Assembly: GCA_964016885.1 (NCBI GenBank)
Contig: OZ024746.1
Location: forward strand, 43,152,001 to 43,216,000
Reading direction: 5' to 3'
Origin: Eledone cirrhosa
Lineage: Eukaryota
Length of the DNA: 64,000 bases
The notes under the pieces were generated by a model. That model saw nothing but the letters and a program-made list of their open reading frames with translations. It was not told the origin of the DNA and did not search any database. The position numbers and the translations under genes are program-made. This document shows, piece by piece, positions 37,399 through 50,450 of the stretch; position 1 is the stretch's first letter; each line of letters begins with the position of its first letter.

Positions 37399-40179
37399 TA
37401 TATAAAAGAAAATGAGTTTTTTTATATTTAAAAAAAACCCAGATATCCTACAAGGGTGGAAGTATAAGAAAAAGAAATTGAAAATGTAACTGGAGTCTTT
37501 TTAAGAATATCTATTTATTTCCTTTACGGTTTCACAGTTCCAATGCTTTTCAAAAGTGGTGACTTACTACATTATTGAATTACACTCAATAATAGGAAGA
37601 TTTTGATAAAATATGGCATATGTTTTGATTATCATCTAATATTACTAAAGACAAAATTGTAATTGAACTGTGAATTTTTCAATTTGATCTGTGTTGCTTA
37701 AACTTAAACAATGAAATGCCTCAACCACAAATATTACAATGAGCTCTTCCTTTATTTCCAGGTTCCAGTCCCTTAATTTACTATATACTTCCTGCTTCTC
37801 ATCAAATACTATGTATATATTTCTATAGCAATGGTAACAAACATTACACTTGAACTTTCTTTTGGTGTATTTCCCTTATATTTAGTTTATAATGCATTAA
37901 CTCTGTAATAATACTAATTTGAGTTCATTAGACATTGGCCTTGGGTAAAATGGAATGATAGTGGTAAGAAACTCTCAGAAGGGCTGGACAGCAGAATGTC
38001 TTCAAAGAAGAAACTGACCTCAAGCGAGTGTTTGACAGTGCACTATTAAATAAGAAGGAAAATTAAGAAACCTCATGTCAAAAGGAGACAAAACTTCAAT
38101 AGTGATAGTAAAAAATCAGATTAATACTAAAAAATTTACTATCTATCTTGATAAATCTAGTAACTTAAATACTGAACTATATTTTTTAAAGACATCTCTA
38201 ATAATTTATATTGTTAGATCATATGGCGTTTTCTTCAAATATGAAAATATACCCAAAGGGAATTAAATTATCTATATGCAAATATATATTATGTACCACA
38301 AATATTATGCACCACAAATTTGTGCATCAGAAACTAACCCATAATATTATAAAGTAATATAGTAAAAAAAAACAAAAAACAGATGCAAAATGAAACATTG
38401 CATATTTCAGTCTAGAATAGATTTTTAAATTTGGATATTAGAAATTGAATGTCTTCTAAAGAGAGTAATACATTCAACATATCTAAACAAATGCTATACA
38501 TTCTAATGAAATTAGTATTTTATTGATATTTAAGTAAACCAGCGATCCTAGAATATTCAGAATGTGAAGCAGAAATTACCTAGTTGAAAGTTCAGAAGTT
38601 TTGATAAAAAGTAATAAAAGTCCAAAGGCAATTTATGAGAAACGGATAATACATATAATCTCATTGAAAGTTCAGTACATGGATATCAATTCATTAACAT
38701 AAAAGAAATAATAACATTTTATTGCAGTAAGATGTAGTTAAGGCAGAAGATATAAACATCAGTGAGTTAATCATCCAAGAAATGCTCTATAGCAAAAACG
38801 ATTGTGTATAAAGTGAATCTCTAATTAACATGTTAATTAAGTTAGCTATCAGAGGAAATGATAGCCAACTAAATTAAATTAATTCATGTATTTAATCGCG
38901 ATAGGGAATCAGATGTAATAACAATCTTCTTTTTATTTTCATTTAGGTATAGCAATCATGTGGAATGAAGCAAATGACCAAAGAGAATGATCCCTAGGGT
39001 TTTATTTAGACAGTAAGAAAGGAAATCAATATATTAGTTGATAAAATGATAAAAAAACAAAAACAAATAGGCATGTAATGTAAACTAGCAGTGAACTCAT
39101 GTTATCGATATGTTGTTACTATGTACTAAGATTCAATACTAATGATTTTAAGCAAGATTAGATCCTTAATAGACTATAAAAAATGAAACATATTTAAATT
39201 TATACAAATGCTTTGTGTTTACTCTGCCATAAACATGTTATTGTATATTTGCTTTCCATGCTGGCATGGGTTAGACATGTTGCAAAGTTGGAGTCAATTT
39301 CTATTTTGAGTTAATGCCCTGCTAAATTTCATTTTTACCTGGGTTTCTATGGCTTGATAACCTTCTTAACACCAACCACCTTAGAACACTGGAATGATTG
39401 TTATGTCTTTGGCAAGACAAAGATATCTTCTCACCCATAATTATTTCCACTTTATTTGCCAAACATTTTACAATATAGAGAATGTCAGGTGGATCTTATG
39501 ACACTAGTACTAGTGGAATTTCCTTGAATCTTACAAAACTAAATATTTAAAACATAAGTAACACTTGTTACATTAAGAAATTACAGAAGAACAGGAAAAT
39601 TATATCATGTTGCTTTGTGAAGTAAGAACATGCAATTATTTCTGTTAAAGCAAAATAAAAATTATTTGGCAAAGAAGTTACAGAAAGAAACGTTTATAGT
39701 TTTGAAAAATAAAGCTGTAAATATGTAAATATTGAATAATATATGTAAATAGAACCACTGCATGAGAATATGTTATGATGATCTAAGAATATGTTGGCAT
39801 ATTCTGATATGAAACATTTTAGGTCGTGAATAGAAATGGCACATTAAAGTTTACAGACAAAACTATTTTCATAAACATACAGCATTTCTCCATACAACAA
39901 TAAATATGAAAAATGAAATTTGAATTTATATTAGACATTGAACTTATACAAGCTTTCTTGTAAGTGATAAATGAAAGTTATTTGATACAGTGTTCATTCA
40001 TTATTACATTCTATTCATTACAATTGTTTTACAATGTTACTGATATACATAACTCTACCTTCATTAAACTATAGATTGATATGTAATTATGAAATTGTTT
40101 TTATTAATATGCAGCAATTGGATCTACACTAATAGAAAACCAAATGTGAGTGTAAATTGAACTCATACTCCCCTAAATT

Positions 40180-40608
40180 GAGATTTTGGCATGAATTTAA
40201 TATGTTGTTAATAATATTTTCCATAAGGAAAAAAATCTTGTTTGATAATAGATGTCGCTTGCTCTTTTGACACAAGAGTGCAAGAAAAGGAGAAGGAGAA
40301 AATTAACTGGTACCAGGATTTAAAGTAAAAACTGAAAAGGATTTGAAACTATCATGAGATCAAAGTCATCCTCATCATTATAGGAGCACTTGGTACTACA
40401 TTGAAGAGCTTCTAAGGCAGGCTAAAGAACACTAGCCCAGTCTCCTTTTTTGAAACACTCCAGAAGACATGCCTACTGGGAACAGAAAGGACCCTCTGAT
40501 ACATCCTGAATATCTGAGGCTGCAGGTATCAGTTTGATGTTCATTAGGGTAAATTTTCCCGTTAAATAATATCGACTGATATATCAAAGTAATAATAATA
40601 ATAATAAT
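40180..40608 (+). mobile_element. R4/Dong-clade non-LTR retrotransposon 3' end (REL endonuclease fossil) ending at (TAA)n
   Basis: CLIIDVACSFDTRVQEKEKEKINWYQDLK..VILIIIGALGT..LQKTCLLGTERTL; TAA run at 40590-40608. Confidence 0.85.
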
Positions 40609-40695
40609 GGTTTCTGATTTAGACACAAGGCTAGCAATTTTGGGGGAGGAGAAAGTCGATTAAATCGACCCCAGTGAATCACTGGCGTTTTATTT
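40609..40695 (-). mobile_element. 3' fragment of a Nin/Deu-like SINE variant
   Basis: GTTTCTGATTTAGACACAAGGCTAGCAATTTTGGGGG..ATCGACCCCAGT..ACTGG..TTTATTT. Confidence 0.7.
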
Positions 40696-40698
40696 GAT

Positions 40699-40970
40699 TG
40701 TCTCTCCTTTGTTCTGTCCCAACAAAGGAGAGACACAAAATAAATTAGTCACTGAGGAGGTCACAGAATGTGTGACGAAAGAGGTTTGACAATAAATAAA
40801 CAACCATCCGGTTCTTAAACCAACCAATTGGAAATTTATAATAAATTTAAATGAAAACCAACAGGTGCGTGTGCTTTTATTGGCAGCATGACACTCCCAA
40901 AGTATAACAATATCTGTTTCAACACACGTTTTCAGATAAGAAATCTTTCAAAAGATATACAACAACCAAG
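40699..40970 (+). mobile_element. Penelope-like element remnant (terminal hairpin, hammerhead-like motif, AATAAA, possible ORF start)
   Basis: Perfect 15-bp hairpin 40699-40735; hammerhead-like 40748-40790 followed by AATAAA; 40865-40960 is homologous to the reverse complement of 59870-59980. Confidence 0.62.
40748..40790 (+). ncRNA. Degenerate minimal type I hammerhead
   Basis: GTCA-CTGAGGA-G-GTCACA(GAATG)TGTGAC-GAAA-GAGG-TT-TGAC; helix III is not complementary. Confidence 0.55.
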
Positions 40971-41862
40971 TATATATATATACACACACACAAACTGAAA
41001 TTGGATATTTTCCTTCATTCTATAGATAGATACATGCAAAATTAAATAATTTTTTAAAATGCAACACCATTTAATTTCAACAATTTCAATTTTCTAATCA
41101 AACTTTTAGTGCAAAATGTTGACTTCATGAAGAAGATATACAATATCTGTAAGATGAACATTACTAACAAGAACTAAAACAATCCCACTAACATTATCAG
41201 AAAATGTGTTTAGTCTTAGAATAGCTATGATCAAACAAATCTCATTTTAAGTGCTATATTCTCTTCCTTTTTTTCATTAGATTTTTAGTGATGATGATAT
41301 TGTCTTTTTAGATTGCAGTGAATGCCAGTCTTTTTCTTATATGCTATGTTAATTCTGTAATTATTTATGTTAATTTGTTTTCATAATTGTATTTGTTCTT
41401 TTAAAAGCATTTGTATATAAATTTAGAAAAACTATAAACATCTATTTAGTGAAATTACATAAACAAAAGTAAATTTCTGGATACTGACATTTTCCTACAG
41501 GAATTTAAAGAGTGCTAAAATAAAAAAAAATATTCACATATTTTCTAAACACATTAATATTGTATTATACTCCATTTTTTCTGCAATTTTATGTATATAT
41601 ATAAAATGTATATTATATAAGTAGTGGTAAAGTTCTTAGGCATTGTTAAAAGTTTGCCCTGTAACTTATATGTATGCTTTCCTTGGAAATTAATAGGTAG
41701 TGTCATTATATCTTAAAACATGCGATACTGAGTATTAAATTACTTCTACCAGGAATTCGTAGATATTTACCTATACTTAAATCTCTTACATTTTAAATGG
41801 CGTTTTTACAATCAAAAATATACATGAAAGAATTAAGTACAGCAATTACTACACTCAGTAGA

Positions 41863-43212
41863 TTCTGCAATTCATTGCATGGAGAACAAAACAATGTAAT
41901 GTGTATAAATGAAGTGTCTGCTTTTAAAAGCAGTTAAGTCCCATGAAAATCAATGTGTCTTAGACACTTTTAGCAGTCAAGTTATTAATTACACAGTATT
42001 ATGTTGGTAAGCAAAATTCTAAACACTAACAATTTCAAGTTTCATCATTTGGATTTATTTTTATTTTTACAGATTTTATCATAGTAAATGCAGCGAATCA
42101 TTTTTTTTTATTTGTGTAATTACTACTTAAAAGCAAAGTCAATAGTTATATATGTACATAGAATCTAAGGATATGACTAATGCATATTACAGGTACTTAT
42201 TTCCTTTGGTCTAAAAAAATTAAATCAATTAAGAATGAGAAATTAAATATATATGAAGAAAGAACTAAAGGAAAATAAACGAAAAATAGTTAAATCAACT
42301 GTTGACAAGGCAGTCAAATAATATTGAATAGTGATTTGATACACTCTCCACTACATTCTATTTGTAATTCAAGTTATAACAAATTCTAGAAGTTGTCTTC
42401 CCTGTGATGTTTTCCCTGCAGTTAGCCATTAAGATAATAATGGGTTTTTCTTACATCTAATTAAGTATTTTAGCCCCCCCCCACACACACACACACTCTT
42501 ACAGATTATTTCCCAAGCATCAGGCAATAATGGGCATCCCCAGGTCATTATTTGAAAGGATAATGCCATTCAATGTTAATTCATCCTAGATACATCTCTA
42601 GTCATCTAAAATCAGGTCTAATATAATTGAAAAATGCCTGGAGTGGTCATCATACTAATAAAGATAAGATTCAGTCTGCACTGCATTTTTACAATCTGTA
42701 TTGAAATAATTTTAATTAATTAAAATTCTACAGATCTCTTAACCTGCCTTGCTGGACCAGAGATTGTCATTAAGATAATAACAGGTTCTTTGCACTATAT
42801 GTGTAGTTTTGATTAGGTTTTGTTTTAATCATTGCATTAAGTATAACAACACTCACTTTACTAAATTATAGATTGCAATTAGAATAGTGTGTCACGGTCT
42901 TCATATTTAAACACGTCTTATTTTTTTTTTAATATCAATTCTCTGCTCTTGAATTGAAAATTATATTGGAAATATGGTATATTCATTTAAAATAAAGAAT
43001 TCAAAGATTTCAGATAATTTATTTTTAACATTACAGAAATTGATAAAGATTTTACTAAATGTTTATTATTATAAAATTGATTAAACTTCTAATGTAAAAT
43101 TTGTTTCAAGTTACTATTGATGTTTGTATATTATTTTTCTGAAATACATTCTAATGAAATTTGTAAATATTATATGCATTTCTTTCACAAGAAGGTTTAC
43201 TGTATCAGAAAC
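41863..43212 (+). repeat. Left arm of a long diverged inverted repeat
   Basis: Collinear with the reverse complement of 45100-46612; 33-bp exact match 42993-43025 vs 45287-45319 plus many shorter blocks. Confidence 0.85.
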
Positions 43213-43453
43213 TGTGAATCAAGGCTTTTTTTTTAATTAAAAATATATGGTTAGCGTGAAATGTCCATCCCTTCTCATCCATGTATAAATACTTAATCAG
43301 CATTTCCAACCACATTTGTTTTCATCTTCAGGCCATTTCTTTATATATTCTTCTCAAGAGTTTCTCAAACTCTTCCCTCTGGCATTCCTGTTTTCCCTCT
43401 CCAGTAGTGTTGCCATACCACTCATGAAGAACACAGTATAAATGTATGAATAG

Positions 43454-43792
43454 TAAGGGTAAAGACCACTGCTGGTCACTAATAACCATAGGATTTGCAT
43501 CTAGAAAGTTCTCCTCTGAGGGAGAAGTCTGGGCATGATTGTTTGTGGAAGACCAGCAGTCGCCCATGCATACCAGTGTCCCCTCTCCACACCACCGATG
43601 CTGTCCAAGGGAAAGGCAATGGCCAATACAGCTTGGCACTAGTGATGTTGCAACTCATTTCTACAGCTGAGTAAACTGGAGCAACATGAAAATAAAGTGT
43701 CTTGCTCAAGGAAACCACGCATCTGAGAATCGAACTCACAACCTTGTGATTGCAAGCCCAGTACTCTAACAACTAAGCCATGCACCTTCACC
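43454..43792 (-). mobile_element. Full-length tRNA-derived CORE-like SINE with 8-bp TSD
   Basis: A box TGGCTTAGTTGTTAG, B box GTTCGATTC, CORE-like block; ATGAATAG at 43446-43453 and 43793-43800. Confidence 0.88.
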
Positions 43793-43849
43793 ATGAATAG
43801 ACATGTATTATTTGTTCATAATTTTAAGTAATGTTATATATTTGATAAT

Positions 43850-45100
43850 ATAGATGAGTGCAGCTCTTTCCAACAAATAACATAATTCTAGACTCAGTCT
43901 CAGAGACATACACATTTTCAATTAACAGCAATTTACAAACTATATTTTGGGTAGTACTCATTGTGAGAACACCTTGGTACATAGATGGGAACAGCAAATG
44001 GCTTATCAAATATATAAGAAACCAGAATTTCTTCAAGAAAACTACTTCAAAAGGTTACTTATAAACTCCACAAATTCATCTTGGACAATGTCTAGAAATA
44101 AAATTTTAAATGAGTTGATCATCTAATTCATCATATAATTGTTTCTACTTTTGGCACAAGGCCAGCAAATACCCAGTGTATTACTGGTACTTTATTTTAT
44201 CGACCCCGTAAGGATGAAAGGCATAGTTAACCTCAGAGGGATTTGAACTCATAATGGAAAAGGCTGTAACTCTTTGCGTCAAAGCATGGCGTCCGACCCT
44301 CTACCGATACTGCCAATCCAAATGATGCAAAATCTTTCTGGGATAATGTACTGACTTCATTATCATCCTCATTTTCCAACCCTCACTCATATTCTCATAA
44401 ATGTAAAAATACACTTTCGGTCATTCTCTCCACAACTCAAGTTTCATGCAAAATGATTTTAACTTTCTGCTAAAGTATATACCATTAGTTAGGTTGCCTT
44501 GAAGTGAACTGTAACAAAATATTCAAGAAGGCTAGCTTTGATATTCCTTTGTCGTCAGAAAATTTATCTGCAAACTTGATTGCTTTATTCTTTTGATTTT
44601 TTCAGAATAAATCTTTCATTTCATCTTTTATGACTGCATATCAAGCTACTATATTCCCTTTTAAAATTCAACTCAATTCTGTGAATTGGTACAATAAACA
44701 TAGTATTCTGATGTTCAGAGGACTAAATTTGATACAGATCATGGTGCCTACAGCCTCACAGAAAATTATGAGGGCTATAGGTAATGTTTACATAGAAAAT
44801 GTATGGCTATGTATCATACAGTGAATCTTCTTTACTTCGAGGTTGACATTTGACATTGTTGCTAAGGAATCTACAACTCAACTTTGCATGAGCTCCATCT
44901 CCCATGTAGCTGACTGCTATCTTGCAAAAATATATTTTTTGCAAAGAAACTAGATACAACTTTGAATATCTTTTTACTACTAGAATAGCATTGTAATGGC
45001 CATCAAATGATATGGTTGTGAACTAAAAACAGTTGGACTAAATTCGTTAGACAGTAAAGATACATGGTGAAGTCTCTTTGATTTCTGAAAGATTTTACAG
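43850..45100 (-). mobile_element. hAT (Charlie/Buster-type) transposase fossil, interrupted by a SINE
   Basis: Ordered decayed motifs: MGDGAHAKL, IHCMIH, LLY.FTELS..KGN, KLAFL, SLQG, KSFCMKLELW, QDEFVE, FW..LLFPSMY..SETESRI (dimerisation region). Confidence 0.72.
44136..44320 (-). mobile_element. Nin/Deu-like SINE
   Basis: Close match to 25958-26145. Confidence 0.9.
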
Positions 45101-46612
45101 TCTTTTCTGATATTGTAAATTTCTTGTGTAATAAATATATACAACACTTATAAATTTCATTAACATCTACGTTACCAAAATAATTTAAAACATATCAACA
45201 TTAATTTGAAACAAGTTTTACATTAAAAGTTTAATTACTTCATAGCAATAAAGATTTAGTAAAATCTTTCAATTTTTGTAATGTATAAAATAAATTATCT
45301 GAAATCTTTGAATTCTTTACTTTAAATGAATACACTATGTTTCCAATGTAATCTTCAACCCAAGAGCAGAGCTTTGATATGAAAAAAATACAAAGAAGTA
45401 TTTAAATGTGAAGACTGTGGCACACTATTCTAAATGCACTCTAATGTTTAGTAATGTGGGCATTAGTATACTTAATGCGATGATTCAACAAACCTTAATT
45501 AATTAAAATAACACAGTGTGAAGAGACAACCATTAACTAAATGACAATCTTTGATTAAGAAAGGTGAGTAAAACTGTCTACAATTGGAATTAATTAAAAT
45601 TATTTAGTGATAGAATACAGGGAAGACTCAATCCAATTTTTAGTAGTATGAATACAACTTTATTAGACCTCATCATCCAAGCATAGCATATCTGCTACCT
45701 TGGCTTTTAAATGACTAAAGAAGTATCTAGAGTGAATGAGCTTTGAATAGCATTATAATGTCATCGATAACAATCTGTAAGGTGGATTCTACAATACTTT
45801 ATATGAGGAGCCAATGAATTATGCTTAATTAGAATTCCATCTATAATAAGTAAAAAGCGATGTTTATCCTAACACTTAACATCTTGTAATGATTTAGCAT
45901 AAACTATCTACAAACAGGCTTTTAAAATCAAATGTTTATAGTATATTACTAGTGGACTGATCATGGCGAAAATGTGTGGTAAACTAAAGTAAATATGTTG
46001 ATGTTTAATATGATGCAGTCATAGTGATCTTTTATACTTTTCAAGAATGTCTTGTCAATGTGGTTTTGTGTGGTACAAAATCATGAGTTAATGACTATCT
46101 GCAGTAGAAAAATTAGGAGGAAACCACTTCCAGAAATAAGAAAAATAATTAGAATTAATTACAAATAATATGGAGAGTGAAGCTGATCATGACGGTGACA
46201 TATCCAAACATGTTATAGTATTATTAGACGTCCTCACCAAAAATTTAAAAACCTATTTTTAGTCTCTTTTCTTTTATTTATTTCTCCATATAAATAAAAT
46301 TTCCAATTGTTTTATTCAATTTCAATCTCATTGAGGTAATGAAAATATGCACCAGTAATAAGAAAATATATGGATATTGACTTTGTGTATCACATGAATA
46401 AAAATTATGTTGGATTTATCAAAATAAACCATGTAAAATAAATATAAACTCTAATAGTTAACTTAAAAAGTTTAAATAGTTAGTCTTTTGAGATGTTGCT
46501 TAGTATCATAATACAATATTAGTGTCTAAGACATTGATTTATGTGAATTAACTACTTTTAGAACCAACCTTTCATTCATACATTTTACATTTTTTTCCAT
46601 GCAATTAATAGA
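45100..46612 (-). repeat. Right arm of the long inverted repeat
   Basis: See 41863-43212; this arm has extra sequence around 45835-46080. Confidence 0.85.
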
Positions 46613-46614
46613 AT

Positions 46615-46915
46615 TGGGATGCCACATGCAGCGACACTTTCTCTAGTGGCAATCTGATGCAGTTTGCAACTAATCCAGGCTCTGCTGCACTGCGGTCACT
46701 CTCTGACAGGTTTGTGCTTGAACCCGTAGCAGTTGCGACCTCTGGTGACCATGGCCTTAGGACCACCTTCCTACTCACCTCCATTGGCATGGAGTTGGCT
46801 ACCCACATGTATAAGCCTTGCGAGCTGGAATGGCTTTTCCAATGCATCTCCCTCACCATCCTCCAGGGAAACAATTTCTCTATTCTGTCTGCCAGGGCCA
46901 TGGGGCAGCCAGCGC
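46615..46915 (+). mobile_element. CRE-clade REL endonuclease C-terminal fragment
   Basis: In frame WDATCSDTFSSGNLMQFATNPGSAA..RFVLEPVAVATSG..WLFQCISLTILQGNNFSIL; the AE..K..KY segment is deleted. Confidence 0.85.
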
Positions 46916-47277
46916 ATGGGCCCCCATTTGCTTATAATAGATGGGGAGAGCGAGAGAGATGGGGACAGTGTATATAACAACATTGCAAAAGATTATAAAA
47001 GCTTCTATGAATCTCTCTCTCTCTCTCATTTTCTATTACATGGGCCGCGCAATGATAACATAATAGTAATTCACAGAATTTAAAATAGAAATCATTTTAG
47101 GTTTGATTCATTATTCTTCTGAGTTAAAATTGTGATACAGCATTTATTCATTAATCACATAAGGATAAAAAGAAATAATTGATATGTATATAGAAATATT
47201 ATGATACCCACAATATTCAGTTAGGAGTTTATTTCCTGGAACTCTTGCAAATGTTACTAAATTACTTTACACTCTTT

Positions 47278-47434
47278 TGGTTGGTATTAGGACATCCAGC
47301 CATAGAAAGCAAGCCAAAATCAGTTCTGTATGAGCAAGGTACGTTCATCTGACCTTGGCTTGCCTCAAATGGGACAAGCCATCTGACCCAGCTAGCGTGG
47401 AAAATGGGTGTTAAACAGTGATGATAATGATGAT
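47278..47434 (+). mobile_element. RTE family A/B 3' terminal fragment
   Basis: GGTTGGTATTAGG..CATCCAGCCATAGAAA..GTTAAACAGTGATGAT. Confidence 0.8.
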
Positions 47435-49929
47435 ATACATATATATACTGAATTTTGATAAAGGTATATTCTTGTAACAATTCGTTATGAAAAGAAATGT
47501 TGTTCTTTGATTTTTTTTCCAGTTTCAATAAAAAAAATATAATGTTTATTTCAAGGCGAGATCATTCTAAATTCTAAATATATAGTTTTTGCAGCATGTT
47601 GTTTATTCCCTATATTAAAATGAGGTCTATTTCTACAGAAATAGATTTTTGTACTTTTATGTTGTTTCTTCACAAACTAAATGGACTGAAATATCTTCAA
47701 ATTGGTTGTGGACTTGATTTGTCATGTGATAGCTTTCACCTTATATGGATTTCTTGATAGAATTACTGAACCAATAATGAACCAATAATGAATGAATTTA
47801 AAGTTACAAAAGATAGACTGAGTAGCCCATTCAACTCTGGATGAGAAGACTGAACGACATAACTAGCAAACGTTTACAAATACATACAGCAGGTATAGGC
47901 CCAGTGGGTAAGACGTTCACTTTGCAAACCCACACATAGATTTCTGTGAGGATGGGGAGGTGCTTACATCTATGTCTGTATTTATGTTTACTTGTATAAA
48001 AAGCAGTGTTGTATGAAAATAGCAATAATATATATACAAATAAATTGAATACCTGACTAAAAAGAAGTAGTGAGATAGGTATGTTGTGTCCCAGAATGGT
48101 CACAATTCCAAAAGTTTAAAGAAAGTAAAAGAATTTAAAAAAACTTTTTCATAGCTTGGTATTTAGAATGATTAATATATCTTTAAATTAGAAATTTTAT
48201 TTAACGAAAGAATAGTAATAATTTCTCAATATAGCAGATCACATATTCCAGCAATAACATAATGTATTCAACCATTTTTTTAATCGCATAAAGATCTCAT
48301 TTTTTTTTTATTACATCAGTAACGAATATAGCACACGCAATTTTGCATTTATATAGCTGCTTTTTATTAGAGGAAATACATTCCTATGTATATTCACTGC
48401 ATTCTGGAAATTGTATCAAGTGTTGCATAGATTTAAAGGTTTTAGTGACATATGTACAAAAGAAAAGAACTGTCTTGTCGATACCATTTTCTTCATGGAA
48501 AGAATTTATAGCCTTGCCAATTCTTTTCATTTAAACATTTGTCAAAAGGAAAGCATTTTCTTAGATTTTTAGAGATGTTTAATCTATTATTTTGAAAGTA
48601 ATATTCCTTATTCTTTGTCTTTTTATGTATTCTACAGATTTTTACAGTTAAATTGTAACTTTCACTTTTGTATTTATTGTTATAGTGGTGAGTGCCAATC
48701 TATGGAGGTAAACTACAAGCTAGCTGAATCTTCATTGAACATTTTGAATTTCAATTGTATCTGTCTCACTTCACTTAATCACCAATACCCTAGAGGTAAT
48801 CTCAAACATTACATATTCTCATTTCTCAATTGCTTCATAAATCTGAAGTTTTTTTGTGGAAGTATGGAATCAATATATTTAGTGTTATCAGTCTAATAAT
48901 ATTAGGAGAAATTCTCCATCAGAGCTTCAGAAAGCAGATTTTACACCATGAAAAGCTAATGCTGATGATGCTGATTATAGAAATTATAGTGATAAAAATA
49001 ACAACAATAATGAAAAAATTTTTTAAGATTGACTGAAACTGTGACAACTCAGCCAACCCATACCCACATAGAAAGTGAATATAAATTGTGATGATGATGA
49101 TTATGATGACGATGATGATAAATAATCCATTCAAAATTGACACAAAGGTTTCAGGTTACAAATCATGGGGGGATTTACATGGAAATCAAATGAAATAAAA
49201 ATATGAGTTGACATAATATACACATACATGAGAAAGACTACAATTTAGAACCCAAAGAACCCAAGAGATCCTTTATTACCCTGAAAAGCCCTCTTCCAGT
49301 TGTATTCCTTGGTTTATTCACTTGGGTTATGTTCGCCACATTCACCCACTTTATAATCACTTTACTGGAGAGTTGCATTGTTCACATTCCTTTCCAAGTG
49401 GAGCTTGAAGTCTTTACTATCCCCACTTATTTAAATAACACAGCACAATTTATGGAATCATCATCTAGCAACATAACACAACCCACACAGTGCATATTCT
49501 CCACAGTCAGCACCCAATGCTTAACCACAGAACCCAATTCATACAACTCAGAAAACAAAACACACAAAAACAAGAATCCCCCCCGAATGAAATAATGCAA
49601 TTGACCATTGATATACCCTACACTAGTTATTTTGAACCCATTCTTACTCACTGTCCCCCTTTGAGTCCCAAATACCTCAAAATGTATCTTAGATACCACT
49701 GTACCACAGAAAAACAAAGTGTTTTCAATAACTCACAAAAACGACTATTTCTATGCAGATAAAACTATGTATTAGGAGAAATTCTATAAAAGCATAAAGC
49801 TATAAAGACTGCCACAAAATAACTTTAATCAGGTGTTTTACATTTACTCCCACCCCCAAAATCAAACAAAATAAAAAAAACAAATGTTAAAAATATAAAA
49901 TATATATAAAGAAAAAATATTCTTATGAT

Positions 49930-50450
49930 TGGTACTTTATTCAATGTGAGCTTTGTGGCTGATCTAAACTTGCAAATATTTCAATATCTGGCTGCAATGC
50001 TGTTAGAGGCAAACAAAGATCAGTTTTCTTTACAATATCAAGGTGGTTGTGAGATTTTGATAGTCAGTAAATCACCATGCTAAAGTCAGAATCAAAACGA
50101 TAAGATGAGGGGAAAGCAATAACATCCATCTATATTTTCACCCAGAGAAGTGGAAACTTCTAAGAAAGTTCACTACTTTTTCCATAAATAATGTTTGCTA
50201 TGTTTGAATCTAGTTTGAACTGATCCATAACTGTAACTCAATGAGAATTTATTGTAATCTGACATCAACATCAACTCCATTTATTCCAAATGGATCCATC
50301 AATAGTTTTGAATACTCATTGCCAGTATGTTGCTGAACAAAACTTTCAATCTCTGTACAAATGCCTCAAATGTTCAACATAGACAAAAAGATGTAATTCA
50401 GTGTAAATTGTATCCAGAGTCAGAATATACACCAACTCATAGCGTCCTTT
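49930..50450 (-). mobile_element. Possible very old CACTA/EnSpm-like transposase fossil
   Basis: Weak ordered motifs TIDGSIW, VMDQFK, VVNFLRS..ENI, ASNSIAAR, ISHKA resembling DGxIW / NVDWFQ / NLPRS..EN / ACDIPAAR / LSHSA; many disablements. Confidence 0.35.

Noticed and set aside
38947-39012. Possible plus-strand exon (TTTCATTTAG .. GTAAG)
   Set aside because: Stops in all three frames and only moderate splice signals; expected by chance in AT-rich DNA.
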